NCBI GenBank assembly: GCA_035573895.1
Contig: DATLZR010000013.1
Span: 699 to 64,698, forward strand
DNA length: 64,000 bases
Source of the DNA: Blastocatellia bacterium
GTDB lineage: Bacteria; Acidobacteriota; Blastocatellia; HR10
Reading direction: 5' to 3'
Within the stretch, counting starts at the first letter, position 1. Every line of letters begins with the position of its first letter. The translations under genes and the position numbers were made by a program. Positions 46,909-59,984 of the stretch are shown here, in pieces. Below the pieces are notes generated by a model. It saw only the letters and a list, made by a program, of their open reading frames with translations. It was not told where the DNA came from and made no database searches.

Positions 46909-48058
46909 GGAGAGCCTCCTCAATGGCCGCCAGAATCTCACCGGGATCGTGCACGCGTCCGCCGGCGCGCGTCACCGGGCGCGTGCGGGCACAACCGGCG
47001 GCAGCGCGTTCGACTTCCAGGGCGATCTGTCCCAGATTAATTTCCGGCACGACGAAGGCTCTGATCTGCTCGGCCAGTTCGCGCACGCGCGTTTCGGGAA
47101 AAGGCCACACGGTCACCAATCGCAGGAGTCCCACGGGCAGGCCCTTGTGGCGGGCCCGTTCAACCGCATAGCGGGCCACGCGCGCACTGATGCCATAGGA
47201 GATCACGACCACTTCAGCATCCTCGGTCGCCCACTCGTCCAGCCGAATGATCTCGTCGGCATGGCGCCGAATCTTCTCCACCAGCCGTCGCACCAGGGCG
47301 TCGTGCACCTCGGCGGATGTTGCCGGATAGCCTCGTTCGTCATGCGTCAGTCCGGTGATGTAGACGCGATAGCCTTCTCCGGCCGCCACCATCGGCGGAA
47401 CCAAATCGGCCTCGGCGCGGAAGGGCCAGTAGGCCTCGGGTGGACCGGTGAACTTCTTCCGGTTCACCACCGGAATTTCATCCCGGGGCGGAATGACCAC
47501 CTTCTCCGTAAGGTGGCCGACGACGGCATCGCTCATGACGAGAACCGGCAGGCGATAGGTCTCCGACAGGTTGAAGGCGAGCACGGTGAGGTCGAACATC
47601 TCTTGGGCGCTCATGGGAGCCAGGGCGATGACTCCATAATCTCCGTGCGCGCCCCAGCGGGCCTGCATCATGTCAGCTTGACTGACGAGCGTCGGCAATC
47701 CGGTCGAGGGTCCCCCTCGTTGAACGTTGACGATGACGCAGGGTGTTTCCGTCATCATGCCGAGGCCGAGGTTTTCCATCATCAGGCTGAAGCCCGGGCC
47801 GGACGTGGCCGTCATGGCTTTGAGCCCTCCCCAGGCGGCTCCCAGGACGGCACTGATCGAGGCGATCTCGTCTTCCATCTGGATGTAGATTCCGCCCACT
47901 TCGGGCAGGCGTTCGGCCATGCGCTCGGCGATCTCGGTAGCCGGCGTGATGGGATAGCCAGCGAAGAAGCGGCAGCCCGCCGCCAGTGCCCCTTCAGCGC
48001 AGGCGACATCGCCGTTGATGAAGTGTTCGCCGGTGAGGACCGCTCGATCGGACGTCAT
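46901..48058 (-). CDS. 2-oxoacid:ferredoxin oxidoreductase alpha subunit.
   Basis: MTSDRAVLTGEHFINGDVACAEGALAAGCRFFAGYPITPATEI...VQRGGPSTGLPT. ATG at 48058. Confidence 0.85.
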   Translation of the reverse strand: MTSDRAVLTGEHFINGDVACAEGALAAGCRFFAGYPITPATEIAERMAERLPEVGGIYIQMEDEIASISAVLGAAWGGLKAMTATSGPGFSLMMENLGLGMMTETPCVIVNVQRGGPSTGLPTLVSQADMMQARWGAHGDYGVIALAPMSAQEMFDLTVLAFNLSETYRLPVLVMSDAVVGHLTEKVVIPPRDEIPVVNRKKFTGPPEAYWPFRAEADLVPPMVAAGEGYRVYITGLTHDERGYPATSAEVHDALVRRLVEKIRRHADEIIRLDEWATEDAEVVVISYGISARVARYAVERARHKGLPVGLLRLVTVWPFPETRVRELAEQIRAFVVPEINLGQIALEVERAAAGCARTRPVTRAGGRVHDPGEILAAIEEALHE

Positions 48059-48333
48059 GGCTTCGATCCATTCTCCGTAACGACGTAGACGGCGAACTCC
48101 GGACACAACAGTTGACAGAGCTGACAATTCGTACAGGCGCTTTCGTCCACCACCTGCGGGATGTGATACCCTTTGGCATTGAACCGATCCGACATCACCA
48201 GCACATGCTTGGGACAGAACTCCACGCAGAAGGCGCAGCCCTTGCATCGCTCCGCCAGAAGAAAGACATGAACGCGCGCCCGCCCGCGGGAGGGGCGAGA
48301 AACGACGGTCACATGAGCAGCTTGGTTCGGCAT
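48055..48333 (-). CDS. 2-oxoacid:ferredoxin oxidoreductase delta subunit (2x[4Fe-4S] ferredoxin).
   Basis: CKGCAFCVEFCP and CTNCQLCQLLCP. Confidence 0.85.
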   Translation of the reverse strand: MPNQAAHVTVVSRPSRGRARVHVFLLAERCKGCAFCVEFCPKHVLVMSDRFNAKGYHIPQVVDESACTNCQLCQLLCPEFAVYVVTENGSKP

Positions 48334-48346
48334 GCGTCTCTCCCTT

Positions 48347-48808
48347 TCAGTCGAGAGCCGAGACCTCCAGATAGTAAACCTTCTGGATCAGCTCGTTCTC
48401 TTCGGTCTCGTGTCGCTGGATGAGAGCGAAAAGATTCTGACAGCGCTGGCGAAAGTCGGCAAACGATGCCCCCCAACCTGTGGCCTGAAGATCGGAGGCA
48501 CTGATCAGGTCATCCACATTCCGGAGAATCCGCACGTGATCCTGTCGGAGCTTCTTCACCTGCTCCTCGGCCGAAGGCCAGCGCAGGACGACATCCTCCA
48601 TGAATCCACCCGTCTCCTCCAGCATGAAATGGCGCAGGAGGTGGCGGCGAAATTGCCAGAGCTTATCGCAGAGTCGCCAGTTCCAGTCGGGATTGTTATG
48701 GTGCTCCTCTCCTTCGTCGAGCAAGGCGCGCAGTTCGCCGAGGAGAGACCGCACGACCTCATGCTCTCGGAGAATCTCCTGAGCTGTAGCGACCGATGTT
48801 TCGTTCAT
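48347..48808 (-). CDS. Hemerythrin-like (HHE cation-binding) domain protein.
   Basis: MNETSVATAQEILREHEVVRSLLGEL...HNNPDWNWRL...HFMLEE...QRHETEENELI. ATG at 48808. The longer track ORF is an upstream extension. Confidence 0.65.
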   Translation of the reverse strand: MNETSVATAQEILREHEVVRSLLGELRALLDEGEEHHNNPDWNWRLCDKLWQFRRHLLRHFMLEETGGFMEDVVLRWPSAEEQVKKLRQDHVRILRNVDDLISASDLQATGWGASFADFRQRCQNLFALIQRHETEENELIQKVYYLEVSALD

Positions 48809-48878
48809 CGTTCCGACTCCCTCGAGGTCGGTCCGCCCGCCGGAATCCGCTCGGCGGGCGGACCGCTCGATTCTCAGG

Positions 48879-51170
<2,292 letters not shown>

Positions 51171-51335
51171 GACCTCCTCCCGAAAAATAGCCCACGATGC
51201 GCACGAACGAGGCCGAGGAGTCCTCTCCCCTTCGTTCGTGGCAAACGCGCGCTGATGGACGCATTCAACATCTCTCGTGCAGCAGCCGCCCAGGCCCCCT
51301 TTCGAAAGAAGACCCGTATCCAACTGCCGCTTCGT

Positions 51336-52805
51336 TCACCAGTTATCCACCACCCAGGAAGTGATCGGCTCGGTGCATTGTCCAGCAGCAGCCCATTCGA
51401 TGCCGGCGCGCAGTGCCGCCCGATTCACTTCCAGCAAAGAAGATTTCTTGGTGTTTTTCTCCAGTACCCGTTCAACGAGGTCTGGTGTCAGGAGTCTGGT
51501 TCGCCCGAGGTATGCGCCCAGCATCACCATATTGGCGGCTCGGGCTTCGCCCAGGCGATCGGCAATCTCACTGGCGGGGACGGCCATCACTTCGAGATCC
51601 CGGCGCACCGGCGCACGATCAATAAGGGTGGCGTTATAGAGCAAGAGTCCTCCGCTCACGACTTCCGCTTCGAATCGGTCGAGCGACGGACGATTCATGG
51701 CCATCAACACGGTGGGATGCGAGATGAGCGGCGAGCCGATGGGCTCCTGTGAGAGCGTGACATGACAGTGAGCTGTTCCTCCCCGCATCTCCGGTCCGTA
51801 GGAGGGAAGCCAGGAGACATGATACCCCTGATACATCCCGCATTCAGCGAGGATCGTTCCCAGAAAGAGCACGCCCTGACCGCCGAATCCGGCGATCTTA
51901 ATGCGGGGATTGCGATAACAAGCGGCGACGTCCGGCGGTGTGACACGACCGAAAATGTCGGGCTCGCGCAAGCCGAGAAGCGCGGGAATCTCGGTCACGG
52001 GAACATGGGTTTTCGTGAGCGTCCGGCTGGGCCGCGTCGCCGTTTCGTCCTTGAACACGCCCAGAGGGAAGACCGGCAGCATCTGCTCCTTGATCCACTC
52101 GCAGGCCGCATCCGGTTGAAGACCCCAGCCGGTGGGACAGGGCGAGAGCACCTCCACCAGCGAGAACCCTTTGCCTTCCATCTGAGCCTGAAGCGCCTTG
52201 CGAATGGCGCGACGCGCTTTCATGCGGGATCGGGTATCGAACAGAGCTACCCGCTCAATATAGACGGGTCCGGCCAACGTAGCTAACAGCTCACACACGC
52301 GCAGCGGATAGCCTTCGTTGAGGACATCTCGTCCGCGCGGGGTGGTCGTCGTCTTCTGCCCCAGCAACGTCGTCGGCGCCATCTGTCCGCCCGTCATACC
52401 ATACAGCGCGTTATTGACGAAGATGACGGTGATGTTTTCTCCCCGGTTGGCCGCGTGCAGCACCTCATTGCCGCCGATGGCCGCCAGATCGCCATCGCCC
52501 TGATAGCTGATGACGATACTCTCCGGTCGCGCCCGTTTCACTGCCGTGGCCACGGCCGCCGCTCGCCCGTGAGCCGCTTGAATATTCCCCACGTCGAAAT
52601 AGTAGTAGGCGAAGACGGAACAGCCCACGGGACTGATGAAGATCGTGCGATCCTGAATGCCGAGATCGTCAATGGCCTCGGCGATGTACTTGTGGATGTT
52701 GCCATGACCGCAGCCGGGACAATAGTGCGTCGTGTGATGATCGCCCGGCTTGCGCTCAAACACCCCATAGAAACTCTTCGGTCTCTGGTAAGCGACGGCG
52801 TACAT
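51336..52805 (-). CDS. 2-oxoacid:ferredoxin oxidoreductase fused beta-gamma subunit.
   Basis: The N-terminal half carries TPP motifs ([46 protein letters not shown]). The C-terminal half is gamma-like ([18 protein letters not shown]). Confidence 0.85.
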   Translation of the reverse strand: MYAVAYQRPKSFYGVFERKPGDHHTTHYCPGCGHGNIHKYIAEAIDDLGIQDRTIFISPVGCSVFAYYYFDVGNIQAAHGRAAAVATAVKRARPESIVISYQGDGDLAAIGGNEVLHAANRGENITVIFVNNALYGMTGGQMAPTTLLGQKTTTTPRGRDVLNEGYPLRVCELLATLAGPVYIERVALFDTRSRMKARRAIRKALQAQMEGKGFSLVEVLSPCPTGWGLQPDAACEWIKEQMLPVFPLGVFKDETATRPSRTLTKTHVPVTEIPALLGLREPDIFGRVTPPDVAACYRNPRIKIAGFGGQGVLFLGTILAECGMYQGYHVSWLPSYGPEMRGGTAHCHVTLSQEPIGSPLISHPTVLMAMNRPSLDRFEAEVVSGGLLLYNATLIDRAPVRRDLEVMAVPASEIADRLGEARAANMVMLGAYLGRTRLLTPDLVERVLEKNTKKSSLLEVNRAALRAGIEWAAAGQCTEPITSWVVDNW

Positions 52806-53855
52806 GTTTCACCTCGTTGGCTTTGAGAATTTGTTCCACCAGTTCTTCGGCCGTGGGAACCACTCCTCCGAACCGACTGTAGAGCAAGACGGGCCGCTCG
52901 CCTTCGATGGCCAGTCGCACATCCTCGACGAGTTGTCCCGCGCTCAGTTCGACGGTGAGAAAGCATTGCGCCCAATCGGCCAGCACCGATAGCGGTTCGG
53001 CAGGAAATGGCCACAGCGTGATCGGACGAAAGAGTCCGGCCTTGACGCCCTGCGCCCGCGCTCCGTCCACGGCTGTTTTCAAGATGCGCGAGACGATCCC
53101 ATAGCCGACCGTGATGATCTCCGCATCCTCGGTTTTGTACTTCTCATAAAGCAGGACGCTATGTCGCGCCCGCGCGTACTTCTGTTCGAGATGGCGAATA
53201 TGCTGCTCCAGCTCTTCCGGCGCAAGATAGATTGACGTGATCAGATTGGAGCGCGTCTGGGCATTGCCGCACACAGCCCACTCCGGCGGTTCAGGCAAAA
53301 CGGCGGTGGAAGGGAATTCCACCGGTTCCATCATCTGACCGATGAAGCCGTCGGCCAGCACAATCACCGGATTGCGGAACCGATCGGCCAGATCGAAGGC
53401 GAGCATCGTCAGGTCACACATCTCCTGAACGGAGTTGGGCGCGAGGACAATTGTCCGGTAATTGCCGTGGCCGCCGCCCTTGACGATCTGGTGGTAATCG
53501 CTTTGTTCCGGTGCGATATTGCCCAGGCCGGGCCCCCGCGCATGATGTCCACGATGACGCAGGGAAGTTCGGCACCCGCCAAATAGGAGATGCCTTCTTG
53601 CATCAGGCTCAGCCCCGGCCCCGAGGAGGCCGTCATCGTCCGCTGTCCGGCGGCAGCCGCTCCGTAGACCATATTGATGGCTGCCACTTCGCTTTCGGCC
53701 TGAAGGAAGGTCCCCCCGACCAGAGGGAAGTATCGGGCAGCCGCTTCGGCGATCTCACTGGCCGGCGTGATCGGATAGCCGTAGAACGAGCGACATCCCG
53801 CCAGAATGGCCGCAATCACCACCGCTTCATTTCCCTTGACGAGCTGCTTGGCCAT
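52756..53855 (-). pseudogene. 2-oxoacid:ferredoxin oxidoreductase alpha subunit interrupted by a 1-nt frameshift near 53528-53542.
   Basis: ORF 53409..53855 ([35 protein letters not shown]...[11 protein letters not shown]) and ORF 52756..53421 ([11 protein letters not shown]...) are the two halves. Restoring one base in the GGGGGCCCGG run gives [49 protein letters not shown]. May be a sequencing error. Confidence 0.75.
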
Positions 53856-53873
53856 GATGCCCTCCTCTCCCGC

Positions 53874-54155
53874 TCACGCAGCGGCAGCAGCGTGACCCTG
53901 AACCGGGGCGGCACGCGCCGGTTGCTGCAGGACAAAGACGGTGATGGCTCCCGGCTCCGGACAGGCATAAAAGCACGCGCCACAGCCCGTGCATCCCTGC
54001 CCAACATACATAACCGGATGATACCCATAGCTATTGAGTCGCTCCGACAGCCGCAGGACCTGAGGCGGACAGGCCGCCACGCACAGCCCACATCCTTTGC
54101 ACTCCTCCTGGTTGATCTCCACCGTGCCACGATCAAGCGTCTCTGCTTTTGCCAT
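53874..54155 (-). CDS. 4Fe-4S dicluster ferredoxin (OFOR delta subunit).
   Basis: [12 protein letters not shown] and [15 protein letters not shown] at 54155. Confidence 0.8.
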   Translation of the reverse strand: MAKAETLDRGTVEINQEECKGCGLCVAACPPQVLRLSERLNSYGYHPVMYVGQGCTGCGACFYACPEPGAITVFVLQQPARAAPVQGHAAAAA

Positions 54156-54343
54156 TGTCCCGGTACTCCTTTGGGGAGAAGCCTTACAGCGGCCTCTCCC
54201 GCTCAGAAAGGGAAGCAAACTCCATGCCGGGACCGTTCTCGCGGGTAGCCATTCTAATTGGTTGATTCCTCAAGAGGTCAGCCGACCTGTGGGGCAGTGG
54301 TTTCGCTCCGGTGGGCTAAAACTCCGCACTCCTGAGGGAAATT

Positions 54344-55483
54344 TCACCCAGGTGAGGAGATCATCGGCCAGGGGCCTGACAGCCAATTCTTCCAGAGAGG
54401 ACGCGAGTCACCAGAAGCCGCCGCGCTCAGAGCGACGCCGGCTATCGCCTGGTCGCACTCGCCGCACCGACCATTGACGATTCGATTGAGCAGCGTGTGA
54501 TAGCCCTGGCGCTCGATGAGAATTGTTCGGCAGCGAGGGCAATAGGTGTGGGCGCACGACGATCCCGGAATGTTCCCGCAATAGACGTACCGCAATCCGA
54601 CGGCGTGCCCAATTGCGCAGGCGCGATAGAGCGTCTCCAGCGGTGTGGGCTCGCACTGCCCCATCTGATAGGAAGGGAAGAAGGCGGCGACGTGCCAGGG
54701 AATATCCCGCGATAGCGACGCGACAAACTCCGCCGTGCGATAGAGTTCCACGTCCGAATCGTTATGACCGGGAACAACCAGCGTGGTCACTTCAATCCAC
54801 ACGCCGAGCTGATGCAGCATCCGGATCGTCTCCAGAACCGGTTCCAGCCGCGCTCCGCAGCACTGCTGGTAGCGATGATCATCAAACCCCTTGAGATCAA
54901 CGGCCGCGGCCGCCAGATAAGGGGCGAGCAACCGAAGCGCGGCGTCGGTCAGGTAGCCGTTGGTGACGAGCAAATTTTTCACTCCCTGAGCATGGGCCAG
55001 GCGAGCCGTTTCGTACATCAACTCGAAAGCGACGGTCGGCTCCGTGTAGGTGTAAACGATGCTGCGGCAGCGATGCGCTCGGGCGGAAGCGACGATCTCC
55101 GGAGGAGTAATGCGCCGACCGATGACCCGCCCTCGATTCCCTTTCGGGAGCTGGGAGAGCGTGTAATTCAGACAGTAGCGACAGCGCATCGTGCAGCCCA
55201 CCGTCGCCAGCGCCAGAGCCGCCGAGCCGGGATCAACGTGATAAAACGAATGCCTCTCCACCGGCTCCACCGCCATCGCCACAATCCGATCAGACACAAG
55301 CGTGTAGAGCCGCCCCTCGTGATTGACCCGCACACCACACAGCCCGCGCTGGCCCGGACCAAGAGCGCAACGGTGAGCGCAGAGATCGCAGACGACATCC
55401 TGAGCGCCGACGCGATGATAGAGCATCGCTTCCTGTGCCGCCCGCTGAATTCCTGTAACACCTTGTTCGTCCCGGTTCGTCAT
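54344..55483 (-). CDS. Radical SAM enzyme, AmmeMemoRadiSam-system (AmrS)-like.
   Basis: N-terminal CDLCAHRCALGPGQRGLCGVR and radical SAM CTMRCRYCLNYTLS (CxxxCxxC). No amrA/amrB adjacent. Confidence 0.7.
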   Translation of the reverse strand: MTNRDEQGVTGIQRAAQEAMLYHRVGAQDVVCDLCAHRCALGPGQRGLCGVRVNHEGRLYTLVSDRIVAMAVEPVERHSFYHVDPGSAALALATVGCTMRCRYCLNYTLSQLPKGNRGRVIGRRITPPEIVASARAHRCRSIVYTYTEPTVAFELMYETARLAHAQGVKNLLVTNGYLTDAALRLLAPYLAAAAVDLKGFDDHRYQQCCGARLEPVLETIRMLHQLGVWIEVTTLVVPGHNDSDVELYRTAEFVASLSRDIPWHVAAFFPSYQMGQCEPTPLETLYRACAIGHAVGLRYVYCGNIPGSSCAHTYCPRCRTILIERQGYHTLLNRIVNGRCGECDQAIAGVALSAAASGDSRPLWKNWLSGPWPMISSPG

Positions 55484-55748
55484 CGCTTGTCCATCCCGTT
55501 CGATGTGGCGCGTGCAAACAGCGTGCCGCGCGCGACGGATTCTGTCAACCTCGACAATCAAAGAGCTTAACAAGACCTACCCGGCCCCACGCTGAGAACC
55601 TTCCCCCACCGATGAGTCATACGACGCAGAAAAGTTACCAACCAGCGCACAGGCCCCCGGCAGGGCGCAAACCAAACCGTCGCATCGGCAAAAGTGTGAT
55701 ACAATATCAGCGCCTGTCAGCACCCCGACCGTGAGGGTGGGTAAGGAG

Positions 55749-56042
55749 ATGAACAAGCGGAAAAGACCAGCAAAAGCCGACAGAGGGGATCGTCTGGAGG
55801 AAGCCCTGGCCGAACTGCTTCATGCGCAAGCAACCCTGGTGCATAACCAGGCCGCTTTCCTGGCGGAGATCGCGGCCCTGCGGCGCGAGAACGCCGAACG
55901 CTTCACCCGCATTGAGACGATTTTGCTCCGCCACGAGGAAATTTTGCTCCGCCATGAAGAAATTTTGCTGCGTCACGAGCAGATGCTTCAGACTCTCCCC
56001 GAAGCCATTCGGGAAAAGATCGGATTCAAACCGACCAAGTAG
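55749..56042 (+). CDS. Small coiled-coil protein with a triplicated heptad.
   Basis: ATG 55749 is preceded by AAGGAG. Contains ILLRHEE x3, encoded by a 21-bp DNA tandem repeat. Confidence 0.5.
   Translation: MNKRKRPAKADRGDRLEEALAELLHAQATLVHNQAAFLAEIAALRRENAERFTRIETILLRHEEILLRHEEILLRHEQMLQTLPEAIREKIGFKPTK
55921..55983 (+). repeat. Tandem 21-bp repeat x3 inside the small coiled-coil ORF.
   Basis: ttttgctccgccacgaggaaa / ttttgctccgccatgaagaaa / ttttgctgcgtcacgagcaga. Confidence 0.8.
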
Positions 56043-56195
56043 CGGGATCGGCCCTCTCGGGGATGAGGAGCCGAAGGCATTCCTTACCTGAGCGTCACGT
56101 TGCCTGTGTCGTCTTGCTTTCACCGGATTCGTTCCTTATGATGTCGAAGACCTGTCGAAGCGCCGGGTGAGGCGAAGCGGTTAAGGAGGAATTTT

Positions 56196-58355
56196 ATGGA
56201 GCAGCGACCCAAACGCGACCCCTACGGGTTGGTGGGGACAACGATCGCCGACCGGTATAAAGTCGAAGAGCTGGTGGGCATCGGCGGCATGGGAGTGGTC
56301 TATCGGGCTCAGCACGTCATGACAACGGCGACGGTAGCCCTCAAGGTGTTGAAACCCGATCTGGCGATCGCCTATCCCGACATGGTCGAATCCTTCTTCA
56401 AGGAAGCGAAAGCGACCGTCGGACTTGATCATCCCTACATCATCAAAGTGACCGATGCGGCGGTGACTGCCGATGGCATCCCCTTCCTGGTGATGGAGTG
56501 GCTTGACGGCCGCACGCTCGAAGCCGAGATTCGAGACAAAGGCATGTTGCCGCTGGACCGGGTGGCCACGCTGATCGAACAGGTCTGCGAGGCGCTGGCT
56601 CAGGCCCATGCGCGGGGCATCGTTCACCGTGACCTCAAGCCGGGAAACATAATGCTGGTGACCGATTACAAGGGCGAGGAGGCGGTGAAGATTCTCGACT
56701 TCGGCATCGCCAAGGCCATGAGTACGACCACGGGCGCGAAGGTCAGTCGGGCCATCGGCACGCTTCATTACGCTTCGCCGGAGCAATTGATGCTGGGCGC
56801 GAGCATTGATCATCGCTCGGACATCTACAGCCTGGGCGTCATCCTTTATCAATTGCTGACGGGTCAGGTTCCCTTCGATGCCGACTCGATGGAGCGCATG
56901 ATCTATCAGCATCTGAAAGTCGAGCCACCACCACTCAGAGCGCTTCGACCCGATTTGTCCGAAGCCGTCGAGAGCGTCGTCCTTAAGGCGCTGGCCAAGA
57001 ATCCGGCGGAACGATACCAGAGCGCCACCGATCTGGCGCGGGCCTTGCGCCGGGCCATCAGCCTGGAGACGGGAACCCTCATCCTTCGCTGCCTCGATCA
57101 GGCGACGCGCGAGCCGGTGGCTGGCGTCTCCGTCTACCTCAACGGCAAATATGCCGGCCAGACCGATGAGACGGGCTGCTGGCGAAAGGACGATTGCCTG
57201 CCCAAATCGCACGTCGTGGAAACGGATGGCTTCGGCTACCACGCCTGGCGGGCAACGGTTCGCATCGAGCCGCGCAAGGAGGCCTCTCTCACCGCCGAGC
57301 TGACGGCGATTCGCGCCGGTGAGTTGATCATCACCTGCGGCATCGCCGGAGCGGAGGTTCTGGTAGATGAGAAAACGTTCGGCGTGACGGATCACACCGG
57401 ACGCTTCTATCTCGATCGCCTCCCGGTGGGCAAACACACGGTTCGCGTCGTTCATCCGACGCACCGCCCCGCCACGTCGGAGGTCGAGATCATCGAGGGA
57501 GAGAAATCCGAGCTTCATCTCTCGCTCGTTCCGGACGCGCGGCGGCACTTCGCTCAAAAGACAAAAGCGATCGCCCAGGCGATCACTACCGTCATGCGGG
57601 GGAACCGGCGGGCGCCGTCCCCTTCGGTCCCGCAGAAAGAGCCTCTAGCTCCGGATCGCGTTGAAGATACGGCGACGGCGCTGCTGCCCACCGAGCGCGT
57701 CACCGATACGGAAGGAGCCACACAACATCTCGCTCCCACGGTGGCCGCCACGCGCATGGTCCCCTCACGACGGATCTTCGTCGGGATGGGAGCTGTGGTG
57801 GTGGTTGTGATTCTCGCCGGTGGTGCTTTGCTTCTTCTTCGCCCCCGCTGGTTCGCCTCGAAGGAAATAGGTCAGACACCGACCGTCGGTCAGCCGGTCC
57901 CCTCATTCGAAATGGCCCCGCCGCCCTCCGCACCGATCCCCGCGCCGAATCCTCCCCTGGTTTCCGGCCAACCCCTCGGTACTCCGTCCTCACGACCGGC
58001 AGGTAAAGCGCCATCGGCAACATCCCAAGGCCGACCCTCGCCGGGGGCTCAAGATGTGGCGGCTACCTCTCATAAGCCCGAGGCGGTCGAGCCCATGCTG
58101 ACGGCCAAGCAGCATATTGACCGGGGCAATGCTTATCTCAACAGCGGGCGCACGCAAGCTGCGCTCCTTCACTATCAGGACGCGCAACGGCTGGAGCCGA
58201 ACAATCCCGATGTGTACTACCTGCTCGGCCTCGCCTATGAACGGCTCGGCGACATTGAGGCCGCCATCAAGGCCTTTGAGCAATGCACGTCAGGCCCTTA
58301 CGCTGGCGTCGCCCAGAGTCACGTCAAGCGCCTGCAAAAGAAAAAAGGAAAGTAG
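56196..58355 (+). CDS. Hanks-type Ser/Thr protein kinase with PEGA-like domains, one TM helix and C-terminal TPR.
   Basis: GIGGMGVVYRA...ALK (VAIK-like), HRDLKPGNIML, DFGIAK, SPE. Two PEGA/CarbopepD_reg-like beta segments. TM IFVGMGAVVVVVILAGGALLLL. Pro-rich linker. TPR (AYLNSGRTQAALLHYQDAQRLEPNN...). Confidence 0.85.
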   Translation: MEQRPKRDPYGLVGTTIADRYKVEELVGIGGMGVVYRAQHVMTTATVALKVLKPDLAIAYPDMVESFFKEAKATVGLDHPYIIKVTDAAVTADGIPFLVMEWLDGRTLEAEIRDKGMLPLDRVATLIEQVCEALAQAHARGIVHRDLKPGNIMLVTDYKGEEAVKILDFGIAKAMSTTTGAKVSRAIGTLHYASPEQLMLGASIDHRSDIYSLGVILYQLLTGQVPFDADSMERMIYQHLKVEPPPLRALRPDLSEAVESVVLKALAKNPAERYQSATDLARALRRAISLETGTLILRCLDQATREPVAGVSVYLNGKYAGQTDETGCWRKDDCLPKSHVVETDGFGYHAWRATVRIEPRKEASLTAELTAIRAGELIITCGIAGAEVLVDEKTFGVTDHTGRFYLDRLPVGKHTVRVVHPTHRPATSEVEIIEGEKSELHLSLVPDARRHFAQKTKAIAQAITTVMRGNRRAPSPSVPQKEPLAPDRVEDTATALLPTERVTDTEGATQHLAPTVAATRMVPSRRIFVGMGAVVVVVILAGGALLLLRPRWFASKEIGQTPTVGQPVPSFEMAPPPSAPIPAPNPPLVSGQPLGTPSSRPAGKAPSATSQGRPSPGAQDVAATSHKPEAVEPMLTAKQHIDRGNAYLNSGRTQAALLHYQDAQRLEPNNPDVYYLLGLAYERLGDIEAAIKAFEQCTSGPYAGVAQSHVKRLQKKKGK

Positions 58356-58399
58356 CTCCAGAGCGCACATCCGCCCCGGACGAGAAAATCCCCGCCCCT

Positions 58400-59809
58400 T
58401 TAGCCTCCGGCCTGGCCGAGATCGCCGGGTTCGGTCATCTTTCGGTAGTCAAGCAGTGCGTCGAGTTCCTCCGGGCTGAGAACGTTCCACTCGCGGGCGA
58501 TCTCGCGGATGGTGCGATTGCTGGCGTAGGCGGCCTTGGCGATCTCCGCCGCTTTGTCATAGCCGATGCGGGGCACGAGCGCCGTCACCGTCGAGAGATT
58601 GCGCTCGAGCGTCTCCTGACACCGCTCGACATTGGCCGTGATGCCGACGATGCACTTGTCGGTGAAGACGCGACTGGCCGAGGCGAGCAACCGGATTCCC
58701 TCCAGCAGATCATAGGCCAGCACCGGCATCATCACATTCAGCTCGAAATTCCCCATCATCCCGCAGAGGGAGATGGTCGCATCGTAGCCGATGACCTGAG
58801 CGGCCACCATTGTCACGGCTTCGCAGATGACGGGATTGATCTTTCCCGGCATGATCGAACTGCCCGGCTGAGTGGCCGGCAGCGTGATCTCGGCCAATCC
58901 CGCTCGCGGCCCCGACCCCATCCAGCGAATGTCGTTGGCGATCTTCATCAGGCTCACGGCGATGGTCTTAAGCTCACCCGAGGCTTCGACGCAGCCGTCG
59001 CGAGTGGCTTGAGCTTCAAAGTGATTTCGCGCTTCCCGGAAGGGCAGACCCGTCTCCTCGGCAATGTAGCCGATGGCGCGGGCGGCGAACGGAGGACGCC
59101 GATTGATGCCCGTACCCACCGCGGTACCGCCCAGGGCCAGCTCCAGCAGGACATCGCGCGCATGAGTCGCCCGCTCGATCCCTTTGGCGATTTGCTCAGC
59201 ATAGCCGCTGAATTCCTGACCCAACCGAATGGGCGTGGCATCCATCAGATGCGTGCGCCCCGTCTTCAAAATGGGATCGAACTCGACGGCTTTGGCCGCC
59301 AGCGCCCGGTGCAGATGCTCCAGCGCCGGAATCAGATCTTCGGTGAGGGCCATCGCTGCCGCTATGTTGATCGCCGTGGGAATGACATCATTGGATGATT
59401 GCGACATATTGACGTGATCGTTTGGGTGAACGGCTTTGCTTCCCCGGGGCAAACCCAGAATCTCGGCGGCGCGATTGGCAATCACCTCATTGGCATTCAT
59501 ATTGGTGGATGTGCCGCTGCCGGTTTGAAAGATGTCCACGGGAAAGTGATCATCCCAGCGACCATCTCTCACTTCGGTCGCGGCCTCGACGATGGCATTA
59601 CCGATCTTCGGATCCAGGTCGCCGGCATCCATATTGGCGCGGGCACAGGCGCGTTTGATGACCCCGAGAGCCCAGATGAAGCGTCGGGGAAACCTCAGAC
59701 CGCTGATGGGAAAATTCTCCACCGCCCGTGCCGTTTGCGCTCCATAGTAGGCGGTTGCCGGAACCCGCATCTCTCCCAGCGAGTCGCGTTCGATACGGTA
59801 GTCTGACAT
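58400..59809 (-). CDS. fumC: Class II fumarate hydratase / aspartate ammonia-lyase family enzyme (probably FumC).
   Basis: [26 protein letters not shown] signature. The C-terminal [13 protein letters not shown] resembles FumC. The N-terminus also resembles aspartase. Specific assignment not certain. Confidence 0.7.
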   Translation of the reverse strand: MSDYRIERDSLGEMRVPATAYYGAQTARAVENFPISGLRFPRRFIWALGVIKRACARANMDAGDLDPKIGNAIVEAATEVRDGRWDDHFPVDIFQTGSGTSTNMNANEVIANRAAEILGLPRGSKAVHPNDHVNMSQSSNDVIPTAINIAAAMALTEDLIPALEHLHRALAAKAVEFDPILKTGRTHLMDATPIRLGQEFSGYAEQIAKGIERATHARDVLLELALGGTAVGTGINRRPPFAARAIGYIAEETGLPFREARNHFEAQATRDGCVEASGELKTIAVSLMKIANDIRWMGSGPRAGLAEITLPATQPGSSIMPGKINPVICEAVTMVAAQVIGYDATISLCGMMGNFELNVMMPVLAYDLLEGIRLLASASRVFTDKCIVGITANVERCQETLERNLSTVTALVPRIGYDKAAEIAKAAYASNRTIREIAREWNVLSPEELDALLDYRKMTEPGDLGQAGG

Positions 59810-59848
59810 CTTCGCTCACCTCCCCTGAAAAATGTGTTTCCTTGTGGT

Positions 59849-59984
59849 GCGGGCTTTCGAGCCCGCGCATCTCTCGCGGACTGGAAAGCTTCGCTACAGT
59901 GCAGAAAGTCTGCACTACGTCGCAGACTCTTGTGGCGCGGGCTTTCCAGCCTGCGCATCTCTCGCGGACTGGAAAGTCCGCGCT
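59849..59984 (+). repeat. Dispersed double-hairpin repeat, locus E: two units.
   Basis: CGGGCTttcgAGCCCG + CGCGGACTggaaAGCTTCGC..., then gcagaaagtctgc, then GCGGGCTttccAGCCTGC + CGCGGACTggaaAGTCCGCG. Compensatory changes relative to locus A preserve the 8-bp stem. Confidence 0.8.
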
